A DNA stretch of 64,000 nt from Octopus sinensis (Eukaryota), in the NCBI RefSeq assembly GCF_006345805.1, contig NC_042997.1, forward strand, positions 65,348,001 to 65,412,000, given 5' to 3'. The number at the start of each line of letters is the position of its first letter. The first letter of the stretch is position 1. Below, in pieces: positions 1 to 13,820 of this stretch. The translations under genes were made by a program, and so were the position numbers. The notes under the pieces are model-generated. The model worked only from the letters and a program-made list of their open reading frames with translations. It ran no database searches and was not told the origin of the DNA.

Positions 1-318
1 CGACCAAAGCCTTGTGAGTGGATTTGGTAAACGGAAACTGAAAGAAGCCCGTCGTATATATGTATATATATATATATATGTGTGTATGTATGTGTTTGTG
101 TGTTTGTGTGTCTGTGTTTGTCCCCCTAGCATTGCTTGACAACCGATGCTGGTGTGTTTATGTCCCCGTCACTTAGCGGTTCAGCAAAAGAGACCGATAG
201 AATAAGTACTGGGCTTACAAAGAACAAGTCCCGAGGTCGAGTTGCTCGATTAAAGGCGGTGCTCCAGCATGGCCGCAGTCAAATGACTGCAACAAGTAAA
301 AGAGTAAAAAGAGTAAAA
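1..318 (+). mobile_element. SINE family A (internal microsatellite, (AAGAGT)-like tail), cut by window edge
   Basis: Body ...GTCCCCGTCACTTAGCGGTTCAGCAAAAGAGACCGATAGAATAAGTACT...GCTCCAGCATGGCCGCAGTCAAATGACTG recurs at 12743, 13350, 42750 and 50645. Confidence 0.85.
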
Positions 319-1789
319 GAGTATATATATGTATGTATAAGTGTATGCCTGATTTGTATGAATAGCTCTCTGAATATACTACTTCAGAATTGCTGACATC
401 ACATTTTAGTTTGAAAATAATGTTTATGTTATAAATAATGAATTTAATTTCGTATGATGCATTATTGGTTTTAATTAAACAGTAATAGTTATTTCAAATA
501 TCACATTTCTGATACACTTGTGCGCCATATAATATAATGTATGGAAAAGATTCTGCGTAGTAACGTTCAGATTTGATAAATTAATAAAAGAATCTTAGGA
601 AGTTCATATATTAAATGAACCCCATAGGCGACAAATGAAGAAACGCATTAACTTCGGATTTTGCCATAGGAAATGAAATATAACATAAAGAGATGGCAAT
701 GTGTAAATGTGATATAGCATTATTATATTTCACTTTCTCTCTTTATTTCAGTTGTGCACACTTCTTTAATATTTATAAAGACGGAGATCATTTCTAAATC
801 AGCCTTTTCAATTCGGAAATTTACTACACATTTCCACGTAGGAAAGAATGTATGCTAAGTGTAATGTATGCTAGTTGGATTGGCAGAGAACATGGTTACA
901 CGATATGAAGCTTTTGTTCCATAATATATTAAATAAATATACGTCGTTATTGATAAACAGAACTGTTAATCATGTGTTTATTACTAGAGCATGTGTATAG
1001 CCCGGAAGTTGTTCTTCTTCTTTTCTATATGCTGATTAAATATATAAAACCGATTTCAATGTATAGCTTTTATTCAAGATTTCATTGAAGAAAAGTGTGG
1101 CAGATCACATTGAATAAAGCAGGCATAAAAAGAAAACCTACTGCAGAAATTATTGAATGAGGAAAGTAGTCGAGAGAACGATGGGTGTTTTGATAAATGC
1201 ATAAATACATGTTTTAAACGTATCGCATCACCAAATATTAATTTAGGAAAGAAAACCGGTATCAGATGCGAACTTTATGAAGTAAACATAAAATGGAACG
1301 TATGTATTAGCTGTCTATAGCATTATTTTCTTTGAAAGAACGTAAAGTTATTGGAAAGCAAAAATTGGTGACCTAATAGTATTTAATATCCTCTCCTTAT
1401 AATGAGTGTTCGATTCCGCATAGTGTGACACTTATTTTACATTTTGGGGGTTAAGTTACATTAGACTAATTTCAAGAAAGAAACCTCCACCGGGTCAAAG
1501 GTTTTTATTTGCCAGTATTGAAGACTGTTTCGTTTCTAAAGCTCTCTTTTCTTTAAACGCAACAACTCCATATTTTCGCTGAATATAAATAGGTATATGA
1601 CATCTTTCATTCATTTTCAAAATGTACTGGTAATTAGGTATAACAAATAACACATATAACCTCAGTGAGTGAGTCTCATTGTAAAAATAAACTATATAGT
1701 ATTTATTCTTTATCCAAAATGCTAGACAAGCTGAACAGTATAGTAGTATACAGAGTATGAACGATATTTTGCCTCTCCTCAAAGGGCAA

Positions 1790-2280
1790 TACCGAACAGT
1801 AGGTGTTGTTCGATAAATGAGTCAAGAATCTCGCGCAGTTCTTTCTCCACGTATTAAAATTTCATTCTTCTTTCATTGAGGAGATCTGAGTTTCAGTATC
1901 GATGACATCGGATATCTTTCAGTCCTGCTAAGCGAGAGAAACGTCTCGCAATGTAATATCAATAACCAAGCCATGTTGGGCGACAGGTGGCTGGAGCTAG
2001 CTCTTGTTTAACCACTGTTTATGGACGTAGGAATGGAGGAAAGAAAACATCTCCTTCGCATTGCTACGTGCTCGGATCCGTGGTTCACTTCCAGCGATCG
2101 CCACATTTCATCAACCAGAAGGAGTTGGATGCTTCAGTGAAGGGATTTTTCGACTCATAAGAAAATAACTCGTATCAATGCGGCAACGAAGCGTGGGAAC
2201 TGGCAGACAAGGGGATTTAGACGGTGCAACATGACGGCCTCTACTTCGAACGCTAGGCGGCATTCGTTGTAACTTGACAT
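1790..2280 (+). pseudogene. Possible highly decayed fragment of an RLE-type (R2/NeSL-like) non-LTR retrotransposon
   Basis: Frameshifted peptides HKKITRINAATKRGN / RRC / LRTLGGIRCN loosely resemble the R-(L/I)N...CRRC...ETLxHI zinc-knuckle region; GC is higher than in flanks. Confidence 0.3.
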
Positions 2281-3084
2281 ATAAAGCTAAGTTACCAAAT
2301 AATTACAAAACCTTTGATTCCACACAATAAATGTGGAGAGCAAGACAGGGACAAAATACATCTTTGTGCATGTGTGTGTGTTGTGCGTACGTGATGTGTG
2401 TGCATGTGTGTGTGTATGTGTTCCATATTAAATCCTCGTATATGCACCACCTCAGTGATATTAATTCATCACTGTTGCAATCAGGATAGCCGCATCATTT
2501 GACTTTCAACGCGGCAAAACTCTGCTAATTTTATTCTCAATGAGGATCTCCGTTTTTATTTGACGTCATTCGTTAATCGTCTCCATGTTCCATTTCACTT
2601 GTGTGTATTACATTCTTAGTATGACAGCATGCTAGCTGTCTCTTTATGACTTCTATTTTGGTTTTGACCATCCTATCCGTTTCTTCTCTCTTCTTTCTCG
2701 CCTTGTTTCTATTTTTCCCTTGTTATTACTTTTATCGAATGGTCCTTGCTTCGTCTTAATGCCACTCATCATTTTCCTCCTATCTATCGACTTCCCTTCC
2801 TGTCATTATCTGTTTCTTTTTTATTATTTCCATTCGTTCATGCCTCATCTTCTCTTTCTTTCCCACTCTCTTATTTCATCTATCCTACCACCTCTATTGA
2901 AATTTAGTCCCAAATTTCTTTAATCCAATTCTCTCTTTGTCAGTGAAAACTACTATTTAATCCATATATGTCTTTTAAACACGCCGAATCTATGCTGACT
3001 CTTGTTCCCATGGCTGATGATAGGATTTGCATGCTTATGTTTGGTCAAATGTGTCCATGTTCAATTTTCATTCCTGCTACGTAT

Positions 3085-3200
3085 TCTGCAGCGATAGCCT
3101 AAGCCAAAATTATGCTAAGACAGATTTGTGTACTTTTATCGAGGTGAGAAATAAAACGATTCAACGTTATACATCCTACTAAGAGGGATTGAAGTTCTTA
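3085..3200 (+). repeat. Local diverged duplicate, copy 1 (copy 2 at 6056-6158)
   Basis: Both copies read TCTGCAGCGATAGCCTAAGC...GGTGAGAAAT..AACGATTCAAC.TTATACATCCT.CTAAGAGG...TGAAGTTCT. Confidence 0.8.
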
Positions 3201-4881
3201 GGGTTTTTTTCAGAAGAAGTGTGACTATTTATCCCACTGAGCCTTCGTTTCTTGATCATAAAGACATCTGAACACTTCATTCACTGTCACCAGATCGAGA
3301 TAGATACCTAGCGTTTTGATATCGTTGTCTTTCCCCGGCCAAAGGAAACCCGTGCACAAGTCAATTTCTTATTCATTGGTAATTTTGTTTGTTAGATTCA
3401 TTAGACCGGAGTATCTTTCGGTAAGGAGATACAACGACATAGAAACACCGAGTGTACCAAGTTCCTTTTGTTAATGAATTGAGTGTTATGAACACACATT
3501 CGTCAGAAAGAAGTCTTTCTCCGATGACGAATTAGAACCTCAATTAGCATTTCTCGTTCGAATCTGCCGGACCGTATTAAGAATGGAAATGCGTGTCATC
3601 GTTTTTATGTTTCTCGCTGTTTACCGTGCAAAAGATGATGAATTATACATACACGTGTGTGTGTGTGTGTATGGAGTGAAATTTCGTACAGATTACCAAA
3701 TGTTGCTACCATTCATTATTAATTTTATTTTGTTTCTATCATCTTTTTTTTAGTGCTAAAATAAAATGAATGAGCTGACAGAGATAACGTCAGCGCTATT
3801 ATGTTTCCACTCTACTACTGAAGTGCTGTTGTTGTTGCTTCTTTTTTTTAGTTCAGTAATACTGTAAACTTTAATATAAAAGGAACTGAATGTACCATTT
3901 AATTTTTTTCCCCCTTTCCTGTGCATAGGAAATAACATCTTATTCATTTATAAATCGGGAGACGCGACAGAGGCTAAACGTTTTAGGGTATTTTATATTC
4001 ACATTATATATACCTGTAATACAGATCTCCGCAATGTTACACAACGTTTCTTCATTTACACCTCTAATTGTTGTTTAACCAAAGAAGGTGTCAAGATTAC
4101 TCGGTGAAAGTTCAAAAGTACTTCAATCTGCCTAGCAATATGTTTGTTAATTTTGTTACCTTATTTGATAGGGTTCCACGACCAATGGATATGAAATTTT
4201 ATAATTAGGTGTATAATTTCTATTAGAGTTTCTTTTAGAAAACTGTGCAGTTAATAAAACGACTTTTGTTTGGAACTTTCAAATAATAATTATCGTATTT
4301 GTATGTGTAAATAAAATTAAATCCTGGAATATTTCATATTTTAATGTAGCAGTGTATGAGTTTGGGAGAATTTTTTTGTTATTTCTAACGTTTCGAGCAC
4401 CGGCTTGCACAATGGCTAGCAAAGAAACAAATTTTTAAAAAACCATGAATAAATATAGCTGAAATTCTTAACACTTTTGAGCAGCAGTATCTTCTACATA
4501 GAAACATATTTAAAGACTAACTACAGTTAAAAGAAGACCTGAAATGAAATTAATAGAGTTTATTGCATTAGGTTGCAAGCGAATACAAAAAGCCAGTCTT
4601 TGATGAGGTGACAGTGTGATAATATTATTAACGAATATTACAATATTATAAATTAATATCACTTTATTCTTTTACGACGTATTAGATATCACTTTCAGTA
4701 TCCAATGTTCTAAGAATTAAATATACCTCTGCCCGCTTAGGCTCTAATAATATGCAATGTCAACTATGCTGGACAAAAATAATATCCAATGTTTTCTTGG
4801 TGGAGTGCGTGTGCTTGCATATATATGTACGCGTTGCATTTCTTAGGAAAAATATAAAACCTACCATTTGGGCTCTTCTGA

Positions 4882-4919
4882 TCCTGAAGATGATGACGGT
4901 TTCTGAAACATGACAGGAA
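4882..4919 (+). ncRNA. Decayed minimal type-I hammerhead-like motif
   Basis: TC-CTGAAGA-TGATGACGGTTTCT-GAAACATGAC-AGGA: core CUGANGA and GAAAC present; cleavage-site U replaced by A; stem II poorly paired. Confidence 0.4.
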
Positions 4920-4982
4920 TACAAAAGGAGTAACTCACTTAGCTGTCATGTATACTTCAGATATATTCTGCTTTTGCCAACC

Positions 4983-5015
<33 letters not shown>

Positions 5016-5132
5016 CACATACATACACACATACATACATACATACACACAAACATACACACATTCATACGTACATATATGGTGTTATATATCACACACA
5101 GACGTACACATGCATATATATGTGTGTGTGTG

Positions 5133-5395
5133 TGAAGACGCATGCCTCAGTGGTTAGAACGTTGAACTTACGATCGTTAGTTTGTGAGTTCGATTCCCTG
5201 ACCGGGCTACGTGTTTTTTTTTTTTGAGCAAAACACTTTATTCCTTGTTCTTCCAGTTCACTCTGCTGTATAAATGTGTTGCGATGTCACTGGTGCCAAG
5301 CTGTATCGGCATTTGCCTTTTCCTCGGATAACATCGGTAGAGTGGGGAGGAGAGTTATGCATGGGCAACTGCTGGTCTTCCTAGAAAAAACAACC
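5133..5395 (+). mobile_element. Old tRNA-derived SINE (head related to family C)
   Basis: A-box-like GCCTCAGTGGTTAGA and B-box GAGTTCGATTCC, then ACCGGGC...TTGAGCAAAACAC as in the 17553 copy. Confidence 0.65.
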
Positions 5396-5728
5396 CTAGG
5401 ATGTGCTAATAAAATTTGCTTTTTATAAGCATCTAAGAGATCGAACTTATATTTAACCGTTACATAACTGCAAACTTGTGATAAGGCAATAAAGTAACTT
5501 TAGTTTGAAATTTTATAATAATAGCTAATATTTACTGATCCTTGGTGCAATAAAGAACTTAAATTAGCTATACACACCCATGTGTATACTCAGTCTCACA
5601 AACTTATACATTTGTTTGTGTGCGCCCCCCTCTCTCTTTCTGTATATATATAATATACCGTTCTGCGATATATAAAGGAGATCGCGATCGCAAGAAATCT
5701 GTGATGATACCTTGAAAATTGATTAAAG

Positions 5729-5789
<61 letters not shown>

Positions 5790-6055
5790 TGTATGTATGT
5801 ATGTGTGTGTGTGTGTATGTGAATGTACGTGTTTTTCCCTCTACCTGTGTATGTATTTAAATAATAGACGCCTCATCTGTCAGGGCAAATTGTAAGAATC
5901 TAAGCCTTTTCTGCCAGGCTTTTAATGTGCAGAAAAAGTGGGAGTATTCCGTGATGGACTATTTTGCTGTTTGTTGAACGCACCCCACCCATCCACAGAC
6001 TCGATCGTACCGAATATTCCGCTGATATCAAATTGCTGTCAGATGTTAATTTATA

Positions 6056-6158
6056 TCTGCAGCGATAGCCTAAGCGAAAAATCTGCGTACTTTTATGCGC
6101 GGTGAGAAATTAAACGATTCAACATTATACATCCTTCTAAGAGGAACTGAAGTTCTAT
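6056..6158 (+). repeat. Local diverged duplicate, copy 2 of 3085-3200
   Basis: Direct similarity with an internal indel. Confidence 0.8.
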
Positions 6159-7276
6159 AGGAGCGTGAGAGAAAATATATGGCAGACTAGAAGAGTTAAT
6201 ACAAAATGTTGGATGAAAAATAAAGAAGAAAAAGAAATCATGTGGGATATGCATTATGACATTGGAAGTCATCATACTCAAGATATTTTACTCTCACTGG
6301 TGATATTAAACTAGCTGTCATGTCAATATATCGTGAGATTAACGCAGTGCAGGCTCCTTCCTTTCTCTCACACGTCTCACGTTCTCTCTCTCTTTCTTTC
6401 TCCCCTTCTCTCTATCTCTCTCTCTCTCTCTCTCTCTTTTAGAACCCGACCTCCAGATGGTCCAACTAAAAGTTAACTGCATCGATCTCACCAGGCAAAG
6501 TTCAAGCACATTGCTCTTCCCCCTCTGACTAAATGATACGAATCCTGTGAATTCTCGACACCTCGGCGGGTAACACATCACACCATAAACATAGCTAACT
6601 ATGATACTGTCAGATCTCAATGACAATGCAAGAGAATACCAATAATATATTGCCAAAATTATCAATCCATTTTTTCATAAGAGCATTTATCTTTATAACA
6701 TCAGAGAAAATCTACCCTTTCTTTACCGGTTGCAGGCAGACGATGTGTTTTCTGGTGACTTGCCAAGCATTTAGAAGCAATCTCGACATTTCTTTCCTTT
6801 CTTAAATTCGTTCACCTCACCGATATAAATATAATATTATCACGAGTGATCAATATCATGTAACCTCGCCATTAGAGATTTAATGTTGCAACTATATTCT
6901 TCTCGGCTTATCAATATTGATTTCTTAGACACAAATCATCGAAGGAGAAATACGATTGTGAAGTAGCCATGCTCTTCTTCGTATGTAGAGATGTATAAAG
7001 AAAATAAAACGACTAAGATGGTGAATCAAATCGGGGCTGTATTTTAATTTTCATGAGTGTTTCCTCTTCCATGCCTTACCCTCTCGTACAGAGTAATATC
7101 AAGAAATCTCCACATTTACGCAAACGTAAAAATTAAAAGAATGGCTGTCTTGCAGTTTAATAGGACAATGTAGTGAACTAGTTTTAAATTTAATTCATAT
7201 CGATTAACACGAGTCTGTATATACGGTGCTTACCAGCTCACCTATAAGTGTACCAATTCCTTATTAATTATTATAG

Positions 7277-7880
7277 GGCGGCGTGCTGGTAGAATCCTCA
7301 CAGTGCCAAGCGAAAGTGATTTGCAGCATTTCGTACGTTTTTGAGTTCAAATGCCGCTCAGGACGACTCTACTGTTCATCCTTTCAGGGTCGATAACATA
7401 AATACTAGTTGAGCCCTGGGATCGATGTAATCGACATACCCATTCCTCATTCGAAAAAAATTTGCTGGCCTTGTACCACAATGATAGGCCGGTGAACTGG
7501 CAGAAACATTAGAACGCCGAGTAAAATACTAAGCAACACCATCAGCATTTATGTTCTGGGTTCAAATGTTGTGGGTATCGACTTTGCCTTTCATCCTTTC
7601 AGGGTCGATAAAATAAGTGCCAGTTAAGCACTGTGGTCAATTTAAATGATTTAATCCTCCCCGAAATCGCAGTCCTTGTACCAAAATTTGAATACATTAT
7701 TATTATTATAAGGTGGCTGGTTGTCAAGTTCATTACAGCGCCAGGCAAATTACATAGTAGCATTTTGTCTCGCTCTGAGTTAAAATGCTATAGAGGTCGA
7801 CTTTGTCGTTCATCCTTTCGAGATCGATAAAATAAGTACCAGTAATCAAACACAGGTGTCGATGTAATCGAGTAATTCCC
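7277..7880 (+). mobile_element. Three head-to-tail diverged copies of SINE family B
   Basis: Repeated GGCGG.G.GCTGG.AGAA...GAGTTCAAAT...GTCGACTTTG.CTTTCATCCTTTC.GGGTCGATAAAATAAGTACCAG at about 7277, 7487 and 7710; matches the cleaner copy at 19440-19667. Confidence 0.8.
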
Positions 7881-8544
7881 CCATCACCACACACACAAAG
7901 ACAAAATATTTCAAACCTTTAATGACCTGTAGGGATACCGTAAATCGTTATGAAACCATAATATACTATATTGTTGTTCGCATCAGGCCTCACGAATATG
8001 AAATGTCATAACAAAATCAGTGCTAGCTATAATTTCTATAGAATTTCAGGCCTTGTGCCTATAGTAAAATTATTTTATCAATACCCATGCAGTGAAACTA
8101 TAATTTCCTTCTTAGGCGAATGAGTTTTCCGCAAGCCGGTCAGAAGAACTATGCATAAACTGAATCCGATACCTAGAGTCTCTTTCGTGAAACCCACTCT
8201 CTTATACGTGCACCCGGACGAGGTTTCCGGCTTCTTCGTCCTAGACAAGGACTGGATTTCCACTTTTGACTAATCCCTACTGATTCCTTAAAGTAAGCTG
8301 TTGTATGTTCATAGGCTGAAACTGAAAGCGATCTCACAGTCCTACGAGTTCTGATACAACGATTTTCATGAGAGAGAGGTTTTGTTAATCAAATGTAATA
8401 TATACAGTTGTCAATAAATAAATACTAAAAAAGGGAACATTAATAAAAACCACGGACTGTATTTTTATCATATACATGATATATTTGAAACTGTGGAAAA
8501 GGTAAAACCTGTTGAAGAGGTAGACCCAGGTAGTTCTCCGCTGA

Positions 8545-9101
8545 CGGAGGCAATGACAAACAGCGAGACCTTTGCTGATATGCCGTGCTTGAGAAAACCC
8601 GCCAAGCGAAGTAAGATCGTATTTGGGGTTGATGATAGCAATGTTGCGTTACCGGCCCGTTAAAAGCACTCTTCAAGCGTTATGCTTGTACAGACATGTC
8701 AAGCCGTGTGAAATCGTAGTCCTAGCCGGTGGCAGTGCTGCCTGACTGGCACCCGTGCCGGTGGCACGTAAAATGCACCGTTTGAGCGTTGCGCCTCAAG
8801 GTGACAGTGACAGGTGACCCACATGTTTGGCGATATACCGTGCTGTGTAGACATGTCAAACCAAGTGAGACCGTTGTCGTGGCAGATGCCAGTGCCCGGT
8901 CAATGGCACCCATGTTGGTGGCACGTAAAAAAACACCCACTACACTCTCGGAGTGGTTAGCGTTCGGAAGAGGCATCCAGCCGTAGAAACCTTGCTAAAT
9001 CAGATCGGAACACTGGTGGAGCCCCCGGCTCACCAGTTTTCAGTCAAACAGTACAACCCATGCCAGCATGGAAAACGGATGTTAATTGATGATGATGATG
9101 T

Positions 9102-9166
<65 letters not shown>

Positions 9167-9175
9167 ATGATGATG
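8545..9175 (+). mobile_element. SINE/LINE-tail element with internal ~100-150-bp subrepeats and a (GAT)n tail
   Basis: Three related units (..CAAG/AAC..GTGA.A.CGT..GGCAC/CCGT.AAA); 3' end GAAGAGGCATCCAGCCGTAGAAACC...AACCCATGCCAGCATGGAAAACGGATGTTAA followed by (GAT)n, resembling RTE-type 3' ends. Confidence 0.65.
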
Positions 9176-9488
9176 CGTTTCTTTATATTTTCAATTTTCC
9201 AATGGTATAGTGTGCCAAGGAATAATGCAATACGAAGTATTTACTGACTGTATTGGTAATATTAATTGGAATAAAAATTAAACTGCCTATTCATTAAATT
9301 TAACGAAATACAATGAGAACACGCATTCAAAATGAAAATCTAGATTCAGGAACAACGTTTAATATATTTTGTGGTCACTGAAGTTCAAAATTTTATATTC
9401 ACGCTTTTTACACACACACGCACACGTGCGACTATATGCAATACATACATGAAGCAAAACATACAAATCTGCACACATACATACACCA

Positions 9489-9519
<31 letters not shown>

Positions 9520-9649
9520 CATACATACATTCATATAAACAAATAATACCCTGTTGTTGATGTTGAAATTCGAATGAAGGAGCCTTGAATCTATGTTAGA
9601 AACCGGCTCTTTATCTATTTGCAAGAGATCTTAAAATAAAATTGAACAA

Positions 9650-9680
<31 letters not shown>

Positions 9681-9735
9681 CATACATACATACAGACAGA
9701 CATACATACATACATACATACATACATACATACAT

Positions 9736-9782
<47 letters not shown>

Positions 9783-11727
9783 TACATATATACGTTCATG
9801 TACGTATGAGTGCGTGCGCATATATTTAGTCGATGTAAATGAGCGAAAGGCAAAGCAAAACAATAAAGCTGTCTCGCCGAACAAACGTCTTCCATGGCAT
9901 TTATTATCGCCCAATTCAAAATCTATTTTGACACTTTCGACATCCTAATCGAAAGGAAAATATGTCTGGACCATTGGTAGCATGCAACAAACGATTGTGT
10001 TGTTCAACTGGTGCGATATCAAAAACGTATTCCACTGATAATTTTATTCTGAAATGTTTGAAATTCAATAACGCCAACGGTTTGGAACCTACGTCTATTA
10101 GTGATGAGACAACCACTTAAGACATTGATTCATCTGGAATATACACACAATAAGGGTTTGTTAAACTGCAGATCAAAGCAGCCGAGCTTAAAGTCGCCTA
10201 TTGAATGTATTAACTGCTAGTTAAGTGATGTTGGTAATATATCATAAACTTGGTGATTTGATGGAAGTGAATGACCTTTATCTTGGGGTTCAACAGTTCA
10301 TTGAATCTATCGGCTCCTACTGTCCACAATCAACTTAGTTTTATTATTATATTTAAGTCGTGCAAAAGTAAGTATTTCACCTCATCATCCATACTCAGTG
10401 CTATAATGATGGTAATTACTCTCTATTTATAGTATCAGCTTCTATACTGAGTTGCCTTGTGATTCATAGTGAATGTTATTATACATAATTGATTCCCTTT
10501 CGATCGATTTTTAACTTTTGTATAATCTTTGCAATTTATTTAGGTAAAACTGGTATCCGATAAAGTTATTTCCAGTTTAAAATCCTTGCAGCATCACAGA
10601 AAGAATCTTATGAAAGACAGCACTGAAAAATTAATGGAGTCTAAGATTCAAATCTGTTGTGAATATCAGATGAAAATCTATCGCTTCAGTTTGTAAATAT
10701 TTTCTCGAACTTAAAATTGTTATTACAAATACCAACCGACATTTTATTACTAATATTTCTAGATCAGTAGATAAAACTCGAACGATATATTGTGTTAGAA
10801 TTGTCATAGAATATGAATGGTGGAAATCAATTCTGTGAATCTAAATAAAGAACTTTTGAACTGGGAACGGATTTTTATATCAAGAATTTGCAGTTTAAAC
10901 CTAGAAACATTACAGAAGATCTAAAAGTTGATGCTGATATCCGCAGTTTACCAACCCAAAACTGATGTTTACAGGTTAAACAAGAAACAGATTTTCTAGT
11001 TGCTGAACTCTGAATCATTTCTGTAATAAATGTCAATAGATTTTAATAGTTATTCAAACACATACCTGTGCATTTCTTAACAAGATCTTTACGTTTGAAC
11101 ACTAAATAAAGAAGTCCAATGATGCAACATAGTCTGAAGTGGATTAATAGCGTTTGAATTTATACAAATATATGACTAAACATATATTCATTATTATTTA
11201 AACATATATCAACATCAGAAGCATGTAATTTCTGCATCAATAGTTTCCATATGTTTTCGTGTCCGCAATTAAAGCCTTCCATGAAGTCACTTTGTAATGA
11301 TTTCAGTTTTATTACTTGATATATTGCCAGACCTGAGATCGTAACTCAAACCCTCTCTGAATTAATGAGGTCGTTCAGCCCGCTAGAAAAAGCGACAGCA
11401 AATCTACTAAATCACAACAAACCGTCTTCATAATGGGAAGGCATATTACGTAATATAGCTGTTCTACGCCCTAAAATGTAATAAGGTAGTCATGGTCAGA
11501 ATATATTTTATAATATTTCTGCTCCACCGGGAAGAAGTCTAGGACTAAAACTCAATAAGTGGATCTCCCAGCTTATTCGCTATTGTGAACATTACTGTCG
11601 CTCTTTGAACGGCTGTAATCTTACCCTTTTTCCAGTTAGAGACAATATACTTTGCCATGTTGTGACACAGCCTTCTACAACACAACGGGCTCTGCACACA
11701 TTTTTATGGACTGTAACATATTTGATC

Positions 11728-11870
11728 AACTTAGGGAGAATAAATTCAAAGTAGACCTTTATTGATCATAAAGGAAAATAACCAAATAGCAGAAGATAAT
11801 TTACTTGCTGGTTTTTTATTTAGTCATTGTCCTGTAGAATATCATAACAAGTAGTATATTAGAAAAGTGT
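11728..11870. repeat. Local diverged duplicate, copy 1 (copy 2 at 13678-13820)
   Basis: Shared AACTTAGGGA...GGAAAATAACCAAATAGCAGAAGATAATTTAC.TGCTGG...AGTATATTAGAAAAGTGT. Confidence 0.85.
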
Positions 11871-12742
11871 ATACATAGTGTTCATGAATTTTCAACATAT
11901 CTTTTATAACACAAAAGTGCGTCGCAATTAGTAGTTCCAAAGTTACTTCATATTCACGACAAACACGCAATCACTTCTCCAATGGAACCAATCACTGTGT
12001 TTGGATTACAGCAATAGTTTCACTTGCATCACCCTACATATGGCTGTTTCTATAGAAGGGTCAACACTCGGCAAACAATCATCGGACAATTCAAAAAGGG
12101 TAAAGAGAGAAATAGAAAATGGAATATATCAACGTCAAAGTAGCAAGTTTGACGAAGACGAGAGAAATTGAAATATTTGAAAGTAATACAATGAGATGAT
12201 TTATCGGGGGAAAAGGTTTAGGCTGAAGGAAATCAATGTGTGTTTTGACTAATAAATTGGTATATGTGTGTAAAAAGAGCCTTGGAGGTAAATTATAAGC
12301 AGGTTCAATTTTTCGTCTGCATAAAATTATTTGAGAATAATTGCAGATAAACATATCAAGAGAATGAAAGAAATAATTCCCAATTATTAAATTTGTCTTT
12401 TAACTAAAGAAAAGAGTTAAGGGATCAGAATTTTAAGCAGTTGTGTAAACAAAGAAAAGATGATATAAACTTGTAACAGGTTTAAGATTTAAATTTTCAG
12501 CAGTTAGATTATATGGGGTGTCAATTTTTGAGTATTCGTGAGCTTTTTTTTGTAATATGCGGTGCTTCATTTCTCATAAAATAGCTATGAAGTAAAACGA
12601 AGTATCTCTGATAGAAAAATTGATGGGATGTTTGAAGATGCAGAAAATATTTAGTGTTTAACTTATTACGAACATGTAGGAGATGGATTCTACAGGCCTT
12701 CTGTATTGGGAGGCCTGGAAATTAATCAAAGCAACTGTAACT

Positions 12743-12910
12743 GGCGCAGGCAAGGCAGTGTGATAAGAAGCCTGCTTTCCAACCACATGTTTCCAGGTTC
12801 AGTTCCACTGCATGATATCTTGGGCACGTGTCTTCTACTATCAGCCTCGGGCCGATCAAAGCTTGCTTTGTGAGTGAATTCGATAGATGGAAACCGAAAG
12901 AAGCCTGCCG

Positions 12911-12943
<33 letters not shown>

Positions 12944-13180
12944 GTGTGTGTGTGTGTGTGTGTATGTGTGTGTGTGCGTGTGTGTGTGTGTGTATCCTTG
13001 CGTTTGTCCCACACCACTGCTACACAGCTGGTGTTGATGTGTTCATGTCCCCGTAACTGAAGAGTTCGTCAAATAAAAACGATAGAACAAGGTACTAGGC
13101 TTTAAAATTAAGTCCTAGGGCCGATTTGTTCAAGGAAAATCCCCAAGATGGCCGTAGTCAGATGACTAAAACAAGTAAAA
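12743..13180 (+). mobile_element. SINE family A, full length, diverged
   Basis: Head GGCGCAGG...CAGGTTCAGTTCCACTGC, central (TA)(TG) microsatellite, tail ATGGCCGTAGTCAGATGACTAAAACAAGTAAAA. Confidence 0.85.
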
Positions 13181-13349
13181 AATATATTTCTAAATATATT
13201 TTATTTCTTTAAAGTTGAGAACATATAATATAAGAAGTCCATTCCTGAAAAACCCTTCGATTATATAAGATGGAATGTATGTGGTCACCCTTAGTCCATT
13301 TAAGCTTTCGCATCACTCAAAAATAAGGCAAGGTAATTGATACAATTTC

Positions 13350-13666
<317 letters not shown>

Positions 13667-13677
13667 ATGAGAAATGT

Positions 13678-13820
13678 AACTTAGGGATGAGTAATGTAAA
13701 GTAGACCTGTATTGAGCATAACGGAAAATAACCAAATAGCAGAAGATAATTTACCTGCTGGTTTCTTATTCAGTTATTGTTTTGTAGAGTATCGTACCAT
13801 ATAGTATATTAGAAAAGTGT
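13678..13820. repeat. Local diverged duplicate, copy 2 of 11728-11870
   Basis: Direct similarity. Confidence 0.85.

Noticed and set aside
10100-11020. LRR/Toll-like pseudogene call
   Set aside because: LxxLxL-like words (LQILDI, KVLYLD, LENLFL) fall in different frames without regular periodicity and are common in AT-rich DNA
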